A DNA stretch of 61,109 nucleotides, from positions 1 through 61,109 of the IMG/VR virus record IMGVR_UViG_3300005608_000006; one strand, 5' to 3'. The notes under the pieces are model-generated. The model was not told the origin of the DNA and did not search any database. It was given only the letters and a program-made list of their open reading frames with translations. Origin of the DNA: a virus. Its lineage: Duplodnaviria > Caudoviricetes. Positions 19,301 to 28,417 of this stretch are shown here, piece after piece (positions within the stretch are counted from its first letter, which is position 1; every line of letters begins with the position of its first letter). Made by a program: the position numbers and the translations under genes.

Positions 19301-20660
19301 ATATTGCTTGTGCAGTAGAACCATCTAATATGATATCTGGAGTACTAATATTTGTCTTTACATTAATATCAACTTCACCAGACCCACCATCACCTGTATT
19401 ATTAGCAGAGAATAATAAACTACCTGATGTATTCTTTACATTTAGATAGTTTACTCCAGTAAGTCCTCTGTATCCAGTTGTTGCGGTTAATTCTTGATCT
19501 AAATCAAAATGCTCAACGGAGTTACCATCAGCAAAAGAAATACGACTGTTTTGTAATTGTGGATTATCAACACCTGCTGTAGCGATAGTAACGTGACCAG
19601 ATGCTACATCAAAATCTTCTTGTGCGAATGAGGCAAGACCTTTCTGTTCTGTACTCTCGGCAGCGAGATATCTCCACCCACCGTTATCCCCAGAACTATG
19701 AGTAGGAGCACCTGCACCTGCAGAAATGTCTTGATATGCTTGATATACTTTTGAAGCATTCTTGATAATATCATACCTAGAGTATGAAGTCGCTGCATTA
19801 TAATCTAGTGCTGTAGTTCCTTCTACTGCAGTAGCGATAGGCACAGTTGTAGCACTTGTCAAACGACCGTAGTCGTCAACAGTAAATTTTGTAGCGTTTA
19901 CTGTCTGAGAACCCGATACAGATGTCAGGGATTCCGTATTATAGTCAGCAGCAGTTACAGCTGTGGTAATCAAATCGATTGAAGGGTTACCTGCAATACC
20001 ACCACCATTATTAACAGCAATTCTAGTTGATGTTCCAGTAATAGTTCTGGTTGCCATCGTACCACCAGAGGTTCTAGAAAGCATACCAGTGGTAGTAAGA
20101 CCTGAAATAGCAGCAAGGTCTAAATCATATGGTTGTGCGGACGAACCTTCTACAGTTCCATTCAGTCCGTAATCTGCAAGAGTTGTTGGGTTTGAAGCAT
20201 TTATAATTCTACCTTTAGAGTCTACTGTAACTTTTGTGTAAGTTGCAGTAGGAGAAGCAGTTCCATCATAGTGTGGTAGAGTTGATATTAAAGCTAGTTC
20301 AGCACTTAAGTTAAGGTTTTGTGATCCATCAAATACACCAGAAGCAGATAAGTCATTAGAGAGTTGAATTTGACGTGTTGATGATAATCGAGCAGCAGTA
20401 GAGGAACTACCGATTAACGTTGCAGTTATAGTACCTGCAGCAAAATTACCGTCCGCATCTCTTTGGACGAGTGTGTTTGCAGTATTTGAGATAGATTCTA
20501 CAGGTCTTTCATAACGTAGGGTGTTCCATGCAGTTACACCATCACCTATTTTAATTCTACCTGTATCAAGTTCAACCCCTAACTCACCTTGAGCAAGTGT
20601 AGGGTTTGAGTTTGCCCATTCTTGGGCACCACCTCTTCTTAATTGAATTCTATTTGCCAT
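13365..20660 (-). CDS. Large fibre protein (2431 aa) with Mtd_N-like N-terminus and several internal repeats
   Basis: N-terminal IQLRRG...W...NPTLAQGELGVELDTGRIKIGDG; G/T/S/N-rich beta-repeats; sits immediately upstream of gp13 (the fibritin position in T4). Confidence 0.85.
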   Translation of the reverse strand: MANRIQLRRGGAQEWANSNPTLAQGELGVELDTGRIKIGDGVTAWNTLRYERPVESISNTANTLVQRDADGNFAAGTITATLIGSSSTAARLSSTRQIQLSNDLSASGVFDGSQNLNLSAELALISTLPHYDGTASPTATYTKVTVDSKGRIINASNPTTLADYGLNGTVEGSSAQPYDLDLAAISGLTTTGMLSRTSGGTMATRTITGTSTRIAVNNGGGIAGNPSIDLITTAVTAADYNTESLTSVSGSQTVNATKFTVDDYGRLTSATTVPIATAVEGTTALDYNAATSYSRYDIIKNASKVYQAYQDISAGAGAPTHSSGDNGGWRYLAAESTEQKGLASFAQEDFDVASGHVTIATAGVDNPQLQNSRISFADGNSVEHFDLDQELTATTGYRGLTGVNYLNVKNTSGSLLFSANNTGDGGSGEVDINVKTNISTPDIILDGSTAQAIYKTGDGDLQFLLQQNTTSPRTLSISAQNGGSGSSQVTVSAENVVDIQATDSAGKVHIETMRFQADHIGATGDILIDPNDDRDVSGKVTIRGNLQVDGTTTTVNSTITTLDDPIITLGGDTAPASDDNKDRGVEFRYYDTQARLGFFGWDTNYTDLGGHGGGFNFLHAATNNSEVFTGTASGITAGNLKLTTNTNSTSNSTGDLVVLGGVGIAQDVNIGGLLDVDGTFRANSTSRFDDNIVLQGASKTLQLNNGSGTTKIELQSTTGNVNITGILTNTGAIDANSTLNVASTVRFEDTDEPTVSLNNGTGLYDIQSNDYGAFRFDGGGYVEGDTVFNSDVYINGDLNQKDDATENFGFRNFLNIRYKHFVGSSFVYTPSYASHANANLKVFGGAGIGTTLHVGGTSSGQGLFVGKKNSGDTVKFSVLGASGNTDIQGTLDVAGNTEFNGTVDVDAAFAVRNGTTDKFTVANATGNTVIEGTLNVNGVTDIDADFAVRNGTTDKFFVDNVTGNTNIEGTLTADGHTELNSTLNVDSNTTLGGTLTVTNNSEFNGTVDVDNNFAVRSGTTDKFTVASSTGNVATDGTLVVQGQTTINDSLIVDASNENFKIQNGSSVDKFTVDTDNGNTNIIGEVTVGGATQINNTLGVSNVTTITRNTQQTLTGSYAADGAFKLTGGAGIGKNLAIGEGLRVYGGTELTGALDLNSSADISGALVTHDNVTITADNKTFKVQNGSGVDKFVIATNTGDVETQGSLTVVGDIVTQGDYTVSGNLVVNGTTTTVNSTVMTVDDPVITVGGDTAPASNDGKDKGIEFRYYDTQARLGFFGYDKSANQFAFITGATNTSEVFGGTDGALRAGSLNLTGSGTTLDVDANANIDGTLTVDGQIISQVSSGPALVIPTTDKINNLNADLLDGLNTSATDTTGNSVVVRSSGDFSANQITAASGTGSSAGFLGNASTADAWKTARTFTLDGVVQGSVSVDGSSAPTITTTFVDADSTGLAAMSGTGYVVRTGTGTYAQRTLEVTASSGITLTNADGVSGNTTINVASASSSAANNLVLRDASGDFSANVITATSLTGNLSATTTVSNNIQPAADSTSVLGSSSKQWANIHADAAAIDVVTGNLVGNVEGNLTATTTVSNNIEPASDSASVLGSSSKQWSNIHADAAAIDTMTGNVIGNVEGNLTASITVSNNIQPALNSTSTLGSSSKQWSNIHADAAAIDTMTGNVIGNVEGNLTASITTSNNIRPVNDSASTLGSSSKKWSNIHADAAAITTTTGNLVGNVDGNLTASITLSNNIRPSVDSASTLGSSSSKWSNIYADAAAITTTTGNLVGNVDGNLTASITVSNNIQPAVDSASTLGTSSKQWSNIHADAAAIDTMTGNVVGDLTGNLLSSITVARNINPDTDSTRNLGQSSKKWSALYVDDIALTNTLVGNVQGNVTGTATQAANLANHTTDDLAEGSAQLYFTEARVQTKLDHAFEQLSAMLNNLATSTTLTLNLSGDPTPGAVVLTSVSNGGGGGFSAASGVATSGAASGGSGLTVTTTVDGNGNITDAAVSSGGSDYLITDTVTITNANAGKALTLNLASIVGGTGYVSGTGIAVTGGNGSGMTADITANAGVLTNIVINAGGTGFSASDTVTIVNANATNIKTLGSISAAGTGYSALTGVATSSSGSGTGATVDLTVNADGQLTAVALNAAGSGYAASEVLTITNANATGVNTLGSFSDAGTGYANGTAITTQSSGSGTGLTLDITTSNGVITGATINNDGSGYAASEVITIVNANASGIKTVGNFGATDAARTPGTYNLGTSNYSTQASGANATFTVVIGTGGTVDSVTVTDDGSGFIVNETVTVLDAQLGGGGAAALTFDVTAIHGNGAQLPVSAIHGNSATIPVSAIHGNGATVDIATVATNATLALSDITTMEVGSTVTGATSGTTGTITALGTNQITVDNVDGFFKKGETVAANDVSALTINSFS
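14980..16070 (-). repeat. In-frame tandem repeat, ~156 bp (52 aa) x ~7
   Basis: Unit approx. NLTASITVSNNIQPAxDSASTLGSSSKQWSNIHADAAAIDTMTGNVIGNVEG; six well-conserved copies and one degenerate copy. Confidence 0.92.
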
Positions 20661-20701
20661 TTTATTAAGACAACTCTATGAATAAGGATATGCTTCCAAG
20701 T

Positions 20702-20708
20702 TATTTAT
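20702..20708 (-). promoter_or_regulatory. Late promoter ATAAATA upstream of the fibre gene
   Basis: 42 nt upstream of the ATG at 20660, directly after a terminator. Confidence 0.75.
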
Positions 20709-20711
20709 GCT

Positions 20712-20740
20712 AAAAAAAGAGGGGGATCTTTTCCCCCATC
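20712..20740 (-). terminator. Intrinsic terminator
   Basis: Minus strand GGGGGA-AAAGA-TCCCCC-TC-TTTTTTT. Confidence 0.85.
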
Positions 20741-20742
20741 AA

Positions 20743-20967
20743 TTAATCTTTACCATCATCATCGGGATCAAGAGTTCCGTCTGGTCTAGGCTCAGGTTCT
20801 TCTTGCTTGAAATATTCTAAAGTCTCGATAGCACCTTGTAATTTTAGTGCTCTGACTTCGTTTTCTTTTATTTTACTTGCCATTTTTTGATTCTCATCAA
20901 CCAGTGTGGCAAGTTGCTCTTGAAATTGTTTGAGCATGTCTGGTTGGGAGATTTTTTCAATCGCCAT
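20743..20967 (-). CDS. Small coiled-coil hypothetical protein
   Basis: 74-aa ORF in the operon, followed by the terminator. Confidence 0.75.
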   Translation of the reverse strand: MAIEKISQPDMLKQFQEQLATLVDENQKMASKIKENEVRALKLQGAIETLEYFKQEEPEPRPDGTLDPDDDGKD

Positions 20968-20969
20968 AA

Positions 20970-21200
20970 TTAATTACTTTTTTGGACTAACGTTAGTAAA
21001 AGTGATTTGATTTCACTCATATCAGATTTTAACTCAGAAACTTCAGTTTGTAAAGTCTCAAAGTCTTTTTCTTTTTTTTGTCTGCCCTTATACGCTTTCA
21101 TATACTTTTCGTATTCTGACGTATTAGTGCAATCTATAGCACCTGATTTAATATTTTTAGACCACCCATCGTGATCTTCGATTGGTAATACTACTTTCAT
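20970..21200 (-). CDS. Small hypothetical protein with C-terminal coiled coil
   Basis: SGAI.......EY..Y followed by heptads; coupled to the upstream gene. Confidence 0.75.
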   Translation of the reverse strand: MKVVLPIEDHDGWSKNIKSGAIDCTNTSEYEKYMKAYKGRQKKEKDFETLQTEVSELKSDMSEIKSLLLTLVQKSN

Positions 21201-24200
21201 TAAACAGCGAGTGCGATAGCTCTGAAGTCCTTGAGTAGAGGTACTAATGCTTGGTTTGGAGAAACCAAAACAAGTTTAATTTGGTATGCTGAGAAGTTTA
21301 ACCCAGATACCTCGTATTCATAATCAAAGAATTCTTCAGTTTCTGTTGTATCAGGAATACTTGCATCTCCTGTTGGGAAGAATTGGTATCCTTGAGTATC
21401 AATAGAATCAGTAGAACCTACTGGTAACACTCTATATAGAGGTTTTATAAAGGTGTTTGGTGGACGGAAACCAGCAAACATTACTTTTATAGAACTGGAT
21501 GGGTTAGTTAGATCTGCAACTTTAGTAATGTAAACTGCTTCATGCTCATCACCAAATGCTAGTTTAGCAGTATTTGGATCGGCAGGATTATTAATTCTAG
21601 AAGAAATTAATGTTGCAGACATTCTATCAGTATCAATAACAGGTGATATATTGTTTATTTCACTTGTTAAAGTTAGGTCTAATCTAAATGATTTTTCACC
21701 ACTTAATTCAGATGATTCGTTAATTTCAGAACAAATCAACTGAGGAGTATTAAAGTAATTGTTATCATTTAAGTTAACATCAAAGAATTCACCAGTATTA
21801 CTAAATGAATTCTGTGATAGTGTAATACTATCATTAATTGATGTTCCAGTAATAGTATTAACCCTTGCAGTAACTGAAGTTCTGGGAAGAATAAGTCTTT
21901 GAATGTTAGGATCAATAACTTCATACTGAATATTTTGTGTCGCATACATTCTACTTCCTCCACTTCTAATACCTAATCTTGCAATAGAGTTAGTTGAAAT
22001 ATCGTATGTGTCTATTGTTGGACTTAAAACACCAGTATGAGTTTTGTTAATCTCTGTTAAAGGTATACCATCAAGGTTATAACATTCAACTAAAGCACCT
22101 TCACCAAATGTTCTTGCTGTAGTCCCTCCCAATCCTCTTTCATGTATGGTAATTGTTTTACCATTTGAAGAGATTGCAGAGTAAGACATAATCTCACCTA
22201 CAGAGAACAATACAAATTCACCATCTCCAGATGTGATATTCTTAACATAAATGTAACCAGGATTAGCACTACCTATTCCAGAACCGTTAATAGTTTTATG
22301 GAATGCAGTTGCATCGTTTACATTTAAAGTTGTGTCTGTAGCAGATATTGATGCTGTAAGAGTTGTTGGAGCAATTTCAGATTTAACATTAGAAATAGTA
22401 ACGTTATTATCTGAATCGTGCATAGCATGATTAGAATGAGATACTCTAACTTTTCTTTGAGCAGTTGTATATGTTGGAGTTGTAGATACAAATGCATTAC
22501 TTATCGCACCTGTTTCAACAGCGTCACCAGTTGGAGTAAATGTAGATCCTACAGTCGCTGTAGTTCCAGAATCTCCACCAGTGATTCCTTCAGAAGTTGT
22601 TGCAAAATCATCAGATACAAATTTCAATGTGAGTGTATTTGTACCAGCAGTCCATGTTACAACTTCAGCAGTTGGTGCACCAGATGAGTTACCAGTAATT
22701 GTTTCACCTACGGTAAAGTCACCACTAGCACTTGTAACTACCATTGTGGCAAGAGTTTTAGATGATACAACTCTGTTAGTAATAACACCACCAGTGTTAG
22801 AACCTGCTGTCCAAGCACCAGATATATCATTAATAGTTAATATTTTTCCACCAGCATTTGGAGTTACCGCAGTAATAGTTCCTTCTGCAAGAGTAGTTTT
22901 TTGTTTTAATCTAGCACCAACTGTATATGGTAGTGATGTAGAGTTCATCACTAACTGTAATTCTGGTTTAAATGTTTGAATTGCATCGGTAGATAAATTA
23001 ATTTCACCACCATTTCCTCTCTTCAAAGCATTATTATTCAATGTTACTCTGCTAGTAGCAGTTGTAGTAAAGTTTGCACGATTGATTATGAATTTTAAAT
23101 CTTCATATTGGTCAGCAGTCCATGTAGTTGCGTTCTGTGATTTGAATAACACACCTGCATATGGTTGTTCAGATATCGTTCTATCACCTGTAATATCAAT
23201 CTCACCCATTCTAGAGATCCAAACCTTATATTCATTTGAGTCTGAGAATAGAACAAAACAATGTTCTTCAGATTGTGGAATATAAACAGGTGCTCTGAAT
23301 GTAAATCTAGTTGCTACTGCACCAGTTTCAGAAATTTGAACATCGGCAGGATTAACTGTAACATCAGAGAATGGAAGAATATTGATAGTTGGATATCCAT
23401 TTTCCATTGTTCTAATCTGCATTGAGATTGGAATTGCACTATCCTTTGTATTAAAGTAAACATCTACAGATGTTAAGAAACATCCACCCTCTTCATCTAC
23501 TAAGAATGATTGTGCAAGTGGATCCCACCAACCAACTTGTCTTCTTTCTGTTCTAGTTGAGTTTCTTGTTCTTCTTTGTGTTCTTGTATCTCTAACAATC
23601 TCAGCATTTCTAATTGCAAGAACGTTTTCTTGTAAAGTATTCTGAGTTCCAGAAGCAGAGTATTCTGCCTGTGCAGAAGAATCAACAGCACCAGGTAAAC
23701 GAGAATCAGTTTCACTTGTAGTAAATCTGATAGTTCTTTCTCCAGTTGCCCAACGAGGATTAGTATCAACACTAGGATCAGGAATAAAGAATGAACCTTT
23801 CCATTGTCCTAGTCTATCTGTAACAAGTCTTCTTTGTCTAACAACTGCTTTTGCACCAGAAGCACCAACTAAAACTTCACCTACTTGGAAATTACCGTAG
23901 TAATCACCAACTGCTTGAGCAGCAAGTTTATCAGTATCGATATTGATAAAGTTTGTAGTTGAAGAATATGATGTTGGCATTGCTGTATCATCATATGGAT
24001 TATATGCATAGAAATTATCTGCAGGATCTACTTCAAATTTACATCCACTTGTTTCACCAGTTACAATTTCACCAGGTACAAATGGTGTAGCATTAGTTCT
24101 ATTGTCAACAGATGGATCTTTAATAACTTCAATAATCTTAGGAATTAAATATTCATCAATTTTTTGTCCATCAAAGAAACCAAAGAAGTTAGTTCTTGGT

Positions 24201-27200
24201 TTCATTCTGAATACAGAAACTTCAACGTTTCTAGAACGAATCCATGGCACTACTGTGCTTGAAACCATCCTATCTCCAACAGATCTACGATCAATCCTTG
24301 GAACAACTCTTGTACGTATTCCTCTTCTTACCTGTCTTCTTCTTGTTGTAATTCTTGTGATTCTATCTACAGCACGACCTCTACCCCAGTCAGAACGACG
24401 ACCAGATCTAACGGTTCTAGTGCTACGTCTTACAACACCTCTCCATGTTGTCTGCCATGAGTTCCACTGTATAGGAGCAAAACCATTTTGATCAACTCTA
24501 AGGCGTAATCTAGTTGCTTGGAAATCACCTTCAATATCAATCACATTAACAGGAAGTCTACGAGTATCAATCCAGTTATCTGATTGTGGTAGTAAATCTA
24601 TACGTCCGATATATGCAAAAACGTTGAACGGGTTAACATTTTCAACACGAGAGGCGTATGGTTGTTCAATTAAAACTTCTTCTTGATATGGAAGAGTAAT
24701 TAACGGACCTGTTTGTTGATAATTTGTAGAAAGAGATGAATTTAATATTAATGAAATATTAGTTGTATAATGAGAAGCATGACAAGTTCCATCAGTAAAG
24801 TCTAAAGATACTGAATAATCCTCTTCATTAGTAGCAGATTTAGAATGATCGGAGAAATCGTCAACGATAAATCCATTCTTCAAACGATTTTGACCATTAG
24901 CATCTGTAATTTCAGTATTGAATGTATCTGCCTCCAACATATTAAGTGAAGTATAATATTCAACACGATTTACTCTATCTTCGATATTACCAATGTCACG
25001 CATGGTATATCTTCTATTTTCAGACTTAATAATGAATACATCTTTAGCAGGATCAAAACCATATGGTGAATGATATAAGGTTGCTAATAGCATACCATCA
25101 CTAAGATTATCTGGTTCTGTAGGTTCTTCTTCAGATTTACCTTTAACTATTTGGAATTCACCCTCAGGAGTAATGAATAATTTATCAATTCTCTTGAGAT
25201 ACCAGTCAAAGTCACAACGGAAATTACTATTAATCTTAGGAATATCAAATATTGTTGCAGCAGGTGTAGAAGATGTTGGGAATATTCTTCGTTTAAAATC
25301 AAATGTTCCAACGTTTACATATGCTGGTGATGCGACAGTACCTGTTCCCGCATATAGGTTCTTACAACCTGGTCTAAAATCAAGGAAGTCTGGTAAATAT
25401 GCTCCATCAAAAATAGGAATATCTTCGTAAGATGTTGAAAGATATGATTGACCACCAAAGTAATCTCCAGTAGCAGAATGGTTGTAGTAGTCTAATACAA
25501 TTTTTAACTTTCTAATTGGTTCAGCAACACCCTTTCTTCTAACTAATTTAGAAATACCATACAAGAATTCAGTTTGACCAGAAACTAAATCATAACGATC
25601 TGTAATTACTTTAGATCCTACAACAATAGAACCTGCTGAGTCATTGATAATTCCATTGATTGCAGTTCCACCACTATCGGTTCCACTTACAGTTTCACCA
25701 GATACAAATGTACCATCAAGATACACAATGGTAAGTTTCAAACTACTTGAGTTGAAATCAACAACTCTTGCTCTTGCTTTTGATGTTTTACCTGTAACTA
25801 TAGTTCCATTAGCAAAGAAAGTTGGTTCAACTAATGTTATAGATGGAATGATTGGGTCGCTATCATCTAAAGATTCGTATACAGCATGAACTGTATAAGC
25901 ATCAGCAAGACCTAATGAAATATCTCTATCTTCAATTCTTGTTCCATATAGATTAGAATAAGTTAACTGATAATTTTGAACATCTAAATTCTTAATTGTT
26001 TGATTTACCTTCATCACAAACATCTTGGTTGGTGATTTAGTCTTTCTTTGAGTTACGTTCTTAGAAATCGTTGCATTAATTTTAACAGATGTAATATTAG
26101 TTAAGTTATCAATCTGAAGGGTAGTTCTATCAGCAGATGTAAACGCACTATATCCTAATGCAGCAGTGTTACTGGTATCAATAGGAATTTGTTTACCTGG
26201 TGTATAAGTTGAGTTTGAACCTGCTAAAGCAGTAATAGTATAGTTTTCATTCGATATTGCTTCAAACTGTTCATTTTCTGGAAGAGTAATAGATACAGAG
26301 TTTGCAGCAACTGTTTGACCATCAAAAGTTCTTCTGACAACCATTGATTCATCAGAAATACTCTTAACATAAGGTTTTGGTAATGGTTGTAGTAGAGAAG
26401 CACCTAAAGTATCAAGTAGAGTTGCTCTATATCTTACAAGATTAGTATATTCACCTGCACTAGGAGCAGCACTACCAGCACCAGGTGTTACATCAACTTC
26501 AAATTGTGCAAAATCAAAGATTGTTGATATCTGATTTGCAGTTAAAGATGTAGGATTAACTTTATCTACGTCAACAAATTTAGTACTTGAGAAAAATATT
26601 CTATCTCCTGGTCTTAAGTCTGCAGCAAAGTTAGAGTTTAAACCAGTAATCTTCTCATTACTACTTGTAGCATCATATGTGAAATTATCACCTTGAATTG
26701 CAGTAAAGTCACTAAGAACTAAATCAGCAGTAAATTCAACTGAAGTTGTAGATTCATCACGAGTGACAACTTGACGTGAATCAGAATATGCATAAGTATG
26801 AACAACTTCAACAGTATCTTTATCTAATCCATCAACAGTCAACATTTCACCAACTTGGAATTCACCTTCAACTTGATATAAGTTCATGTGATCTGCAGAT
26901 GATATAGCAGCTTCAATATATCCTCTAGCACCTGATGTTTTACCTACAACTAATGAACCATATGTAATGGTTTGTGCTGTTGCCATCTCAATGGCAGTAA
27001 ACATCTGAACATCATAAAGGTATAATTTATATTCATCATTTGCATCACCAAACGTTGAGTTTGAATCGCTAAGAAACTCCATTGATGCACATCTTGCATA
27101 TCCAATAACATTACCTGCAGCAGTACCTGCTGATGCTGAAAATGTATCTCTTAATTCAACAGTTTGATATGCATTAGTAATTGTAGATCCTGATGTATTT

Positions 27201-28417
27201 GGGAATCCAAAAACATTATTGATCTTACTATAATTACCCATATTGAATGGGATAGTTATATTCTGAGCAGCATTAGTATCTCTTGGTTTTACCAAGTCAA
27301 CATATGCAGGTGCTAAGTTTTTAACTCTAAATCCTTTAACATATGCAGTACCAGGACCAAACTCTACAGCATAGAAACTTTCTGCAGCACTATTACCTTG
27401 TGCTGTAGTATCTCCTGATACATAAACACCATTATTAAATCCATCGTCAAGGTTTTCTCTAATAGTGATTTGAAAATCTTTAACAACATAATCACCAGAC
27501 TCTTCATAAGTTCTAAGAGCCATAGATTTTTCTAGTTCATCATATGCACTACGATCAACAATTTTTTCTATCTTATTACCATTAATACGAAGTAATTCGA
27601 TGAAGTCTTTATCTGCATCATCATCAATTAACTTCTTAATTAGATTAGTTGTTATTCTGAATCTATGAGCACCAGGAGCAGCATAATTAGATGTGCCTGC
27701 AGCGTTATCATTAAGGGATAAGTCATCTTCTGGGGTGATGATTGACTCAAGGATTTCGAGTCCGACCCTGTATTTGGGGTTGGTTGCATATTGTTCAAGA
27801 AGAATGTATTGATAAGGAACATCTACGAAGAATCCTCTAATGAAGTATACACCTTCTTGGACGTATGCTACAGATCCTCTTTGAATAGCAGATGTTGGAA
27901 GTAACTGTGCAAATGGAGATCCAACTTCAATAAGAGTGGTTCCAAATGTAATTTCAGTATCAGTAACTAACTGTTCATTGTTAGTAAAAGTTGTCTGGTC
28001 GTTACCTGTACCACCAGATTCAATGTATTTAAGGTAAAGTGTGATATATCCTTTCGTCGAAACTGTCTCTGAGATAGAGAATAATACTTTTGCTTTTACA
28101 CCAGAGGTCAAACCAGTTATGATTTTACCTTCTAATTGAGTTCTATACAATTCAACGTCAGCACCCAAGAAAGATTCTTGAAGCATGATCGCATCGGTTT
28201 CTAGGTCATATCCAACTTGACCAGGAATAACCATTGCACCATCTTTAAACAGATGAGAACCTACATTCTCGATCTGATTCTGCATGACGCTTTGCATCGA
28301 TGTCAGTTCTCGTGCCTGTATTGGAAAACCAGGACGGAACAGCACTCGATAAAAGTTTTTCGCTTTATCGAAATCGTCGTAGTATGGGGTGACGTTTAGA
28401 TTGGTATTTTGTGCCAT
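21200..28417 (-). CDS. Large virion structural protein (DUF4815/VrlC-like)
   Basis: NLNVTPYYDDFD, RVLFRPGFPIQARELT, RTYEESGDYVV, APGAHR, RYTMRDIG, GFIVDDF, DPLAQSF and LFKSQNATTW. Confidence 0.88.
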   Translation of the reverse strand: MAQNTNLNVTPYYDDFDKAKNFYRVLFRPGFPIQARELTSMQSVMQNQIENVGSHLFKDGAMVIPGQVGYDLETDAIMLQESFLGADVELYRTQLEGKIITGLTSGVKAKVLFSISETVSTKGYITLYLKYIESGGTGNDQTTFTNNEQLVTDTEITFGTTLIEVGSPFAQLLPTSAIQRGSVAYVQEGVYFIRGFFVDVPYQYILLEQYATNPKYRVGLEILESIITPEDDLSLNDNAAGTSNYAAPGAHRFRITTNLIKKLIDDDADKDFIELLRINGNKIEKIVDRSAYDELEKSMALRTYEESGDYVVKDFQITIRENLDDGFNNGVYVSGDTTAQGNSAAESFYAVEFGPGTAYVKGFRVKNLAPAYVDLVKPRDTNAAQNITIPFNMGNYSKINNVFGFPNTSGSTITNAYQTVELRDTFSASAGTAAGNVIGYARCASMEFLSDSNSTFGDANDEYKLYLYDVQMFTAIEMATAQTITYGSLVVGKTSGARGYIEAAISSADHMNLYQVEGEFQVGEMLTVDGLDKDTVEVVHTYAYSDSRQVVTRDESTTSVEFTADLVLSDFTAIQGDNFTYDATSSNEKITGLNSNFAADLRPGDRIFFSSTKFVDVDKVNPTSLTANQISTIFDFAQFEVDVTPGAGSAAPSAGEYTNLVRYRATLLDTLGASLLQPLPKPYVKSISDESMVVRRTFDGQTVAANSVSITLPENEQFEAISNENYTITALAGSNSTYTPGKQIPIDTSNTAALGYSAFTSADRTTLQIDNLTNITSVKINATISKNVTQRKTKSPTKMFVMKVNQTIKNLDVQNYQLTYSNLYGTRIEDRDISLGLADAYTVHAVYESLDDSDPIIPSITLVEPTFFANGTIVTGKTSKARARVVDFNSSSLKLTIVYLDGTFVSGETVSGTDSGGTAINGIINDSAGSIVVGSKVITDRYDLVSGQTEFLYGISKLVRRKGVAEPIRKLKIVLDYYNHSATGDYFGGQSYLSTSYEDIPIFDGAYLPDFLDFRPGCKNLYAGTGTVASPAYVNVGTFDFKRRIFPTSSTPAATIFDIPKINSNFRCDFDWYLKRIDKLFITPEGEFQIVKGKSEEEPTEPDNLSDGMLLATLYHSPYGFDPAKDVFIIKSENRRYTMRDIGNIEDRVNRVEYYTSLNMLEADTFNTEITDANGQNRLKNGFIVDDFSDHSKSATNEEDYSVSLDFTDGTCHASHYTTNISLILNSSLSTNYQQTGPLITLPYQEEVLIEQPYASRVENVNPFNVFAYIGRIDLLPQSDNWIDTRRLPVNVIDIEGDFQATRLRLRVDQNGFAPIQWNSWQTTWRGVVRRSTRTVRSGRRSDWGRGRAVDRITRITTRRRQVRRGIRTRVVPRIDRRSVGDRMVSSTVVPWIRSRNVEVSVFRMKPRTNFFGFFDGQKIDEYLIPKIIEVIKDPSVDNRTNATPFVPGEIVTGETSGCKFEVDPADNFYAYNPYDDTAMPTSYSSTTNFINIDTDKLAAQAVGDYYGNFQVGEVLVGASGAKAVVRQRRLVTDRLGQWKGSFFIPDPSVDTNPRWATGERTIRFTTSETDSRLPGAVDSSAQAEYSASGTQNTLQENVLAIRNAEIVRDTRTQRRTRNSTRTERRQVGWWDPLAQSFLVDEEGGCFLTSVDVYFNTKDSAIPISMQIRTMENGYPTINILPFSDVTVNPADVQISETGAVATRFTFRAPVYIPQSEEHCFVLFSDSNEYKVWISRMGEIDITGDRTISEQPYAGVLFKSQNATTWTADQYEDLKFIINRANFTTTATSRVTLNNNALKRGNGGEINLSTDAIQTFKPELQLVMNSTSLPYTVGARLKQKTTLAEGTITAVTPNAGGKILTINDISGAWTAGSNTGGVITNRVVSSKTLATMVVTSASGDFTVGETITGNSSGAPTAEVVTWTAGTNTLTLKFVSDDFATTSEGITGGDSGTTATVGSTFTPTGDAVETGAISNAFVSTTPTYTTAQRKVRVSHSNHAMHDSDNNVTISNVKSEIAPTTLTASISATDTTLNVNDATAFHKTINGSGIGSANPGYIYVKNITSGDGEFVLFSVGEIMSYSAISSNGKTITIHERGLGGTTARTFGEGALVECYNLDGIPLTEINKTHTGVLSPTIDTYDISTNSIARLGIRSGGSRMYATQNIQYEVIDPNIQRLILPRTSVTARVNTITGTSINDSITLSQNSFSNTGEFFDVNLNDNNYFNTPQLICSEINESSELSGEKSFRLDLTLTSEINNISPVIDTDRMSATLISSRINNPADPNTAKLAFGDEHEAVYITKVADLTNPSSSIKVMFAGFRPPNTFIKPLYRVLPVGSTDSIDTQGYQFFPTGDASIPDTTETEEFFDYEYEVSGLNFSAYQIKLVLVSPNQALVPLLKDFRAIALAV

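Noticed and set aside
20500-20660. Mtd_N-like domain suggesting a diversity-generating retroelement
   Set aside because: This is a common fibre attachment domain; there is no C-terminal CLec variable region, TR copy or RT.
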